DNA from: a virus
Direction: 5' to 3' (one strand)
Length of the DNA: 64,000 bases
IMG/VR virus record: IMGVR_UViG_3300009609_000001
Location: 1-64,000 of that record
Below are positions 63,409 through 64,000 of this stretch, in pieces (within the stretch, counting starts at the first letter, position 1; each line of letters starts with the position of its first letter). The position numbers and the translations under genes were made by a program. Under the pieces are notes generated by a model. It was not told the origin of the DNA. It saw only the letters and a program-made list of their open reading frames with translations, and did not search any database.

Positions 63409-64000
63409 ACTGATTCCATGATTCGACGCCCTATCCACTCCGCGCACGCCGGGAACACGCTGTTGCCGATTCCTCTAATGCGCTCCACGTAATCGGGAAA
63501 CCCTGCGCGGCTTCTAAGTCCGCGGGATGCAAGTAGGTGTGCCCGGTCTGCTGCTTGTACCAGTCGCGGAGATTCAGTGTCCCGCCTTTGGGCCTGCATG
63601 ATTTGCCGCCCTTCCAGTCCGTGGCCGTTGGCGTCGGCAAGTTCGGCGAGCAAGAACACTCGTTCCCGCTCGTGGTCAGCCCCAAAGCAACAGGCGCGCA
63701 GTCGGAAGGGCAGGACAGCGTAACCAAGCGATTCAAGGCCAGCTCGGAATCTCCACCAAGGCCAGGGAGCATCGCGCCGGATGTGCGACGGATTCTCTCG
63801 GACCACAAGGCGCGGGCGAATCGCATCAACAATGCGGAGGAACTCACCGCCGAGGCTCGATTGACTTGCGACACCGTAACCGCGCGCTCCGCTGTTCTCT
63901 TGGCACGGGTCTCCGCCAGCGATGCAGTCAACTCTCCATTGCTCAATTGGCTCTGGCGGGAAGGTTCGCACGTCGTCCCATCGCCGCACGTTGGGCCAAT
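63405..64000 (-). CDS. C5 cytosine methyltransferase, main chain (5'-truncated)
   Basis: GGDPCQ, REN, H.RERVF, GNSV. Confidence 0.9.
   Translation of the reverse strand, partial: WPNVRRWDDVRTFPPEPIEQWRVDCIAGGDPCQENSGARGYGVASQSSLGGEFLRIVDAIRPRLVVRENPSHIRRDAPWPWWRFRAGLESLGYAVLPFRLRACCFGADHERERVFLLAELADANGHGLEGRQIMQAQRRDTESPRLVQAADRAHLLASRGLRSRAGFPDYVERIRGIGNSVFPACAEWIGRRIMESV
63431..63946 (-). CDS. C5 methyltransferase second chain in an alternative reading frame
   Basis: LPTPTATDWKG and LHP..LE..QGFP..W (motif IX-like), nested inside the main gene. Confidence 0.75.
   Translation of the reverse strand: MSNGELTASLAETRAKRTAERAVTVSQVNRASAVSSSALLMRFARALWSERIRRTSGAMLPGLGGDSELALNRLVTLSCPSDCAPVALGLTTSGNECSCSPNLPTPTATDWKGGKSCRPKGGTLNLRDWYKQQTGHTYLHPADLEAAQGFPITWSALEESATACSRRARSG

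Noticed and set aside
1-64000. tRNA genes, reverse transcriptase/DGR, integrase
   Set aside because: No diagnostic motifs were found by eye; tRNAscan and HMM searches would be needed to exclude them fully.

Overview
GC-rich fragment of a tailed phage or prophage, most likely infecting Planctomycetota. The host is inferred from an NPYASP-motif membrane protein, a planctomycete-type CxxCH...MPP cytochrome domain and a csrA homolog. 1-9.2 kb (+): end of a virion operon (Gly-rich fibre, tail proteins, Cys-rich protein) coupled to a glycan-modification cassette (GT9-like + FkbM fusion, sulfotransferase, second GT9-like). 9.2-14.8 kb (-): a convergent second virion/lysis block, preceded by a ~300-nt highly structured non-coding RNA, divergent promoters and a ~70-nt sRNA. 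15-29 kb (-): accessory genes, including two exported c-type heme proteins, an SGNH hydrolase, a metzincin protease and an intact TnpB without visible transposon ends. 29-64 kb (-): early/replication region with RNase H-like, RusA-like, SF2 helicase, ParB-like, RecE-like, two paralogous HTH cassettes, DUF5131, three DNA methyltransferases (one split across two reading frames), a csrA with no canonical start codon, and many small ORFs. Five HNH homing endonucleases are scattered across 17.9-61.1 kb. No integrase, terminase, capsid, tRNA or CRISPR array was recognised. All calls come from motif recognition by eye; no searches were run. Many small hypothetical ORFs are not listed.
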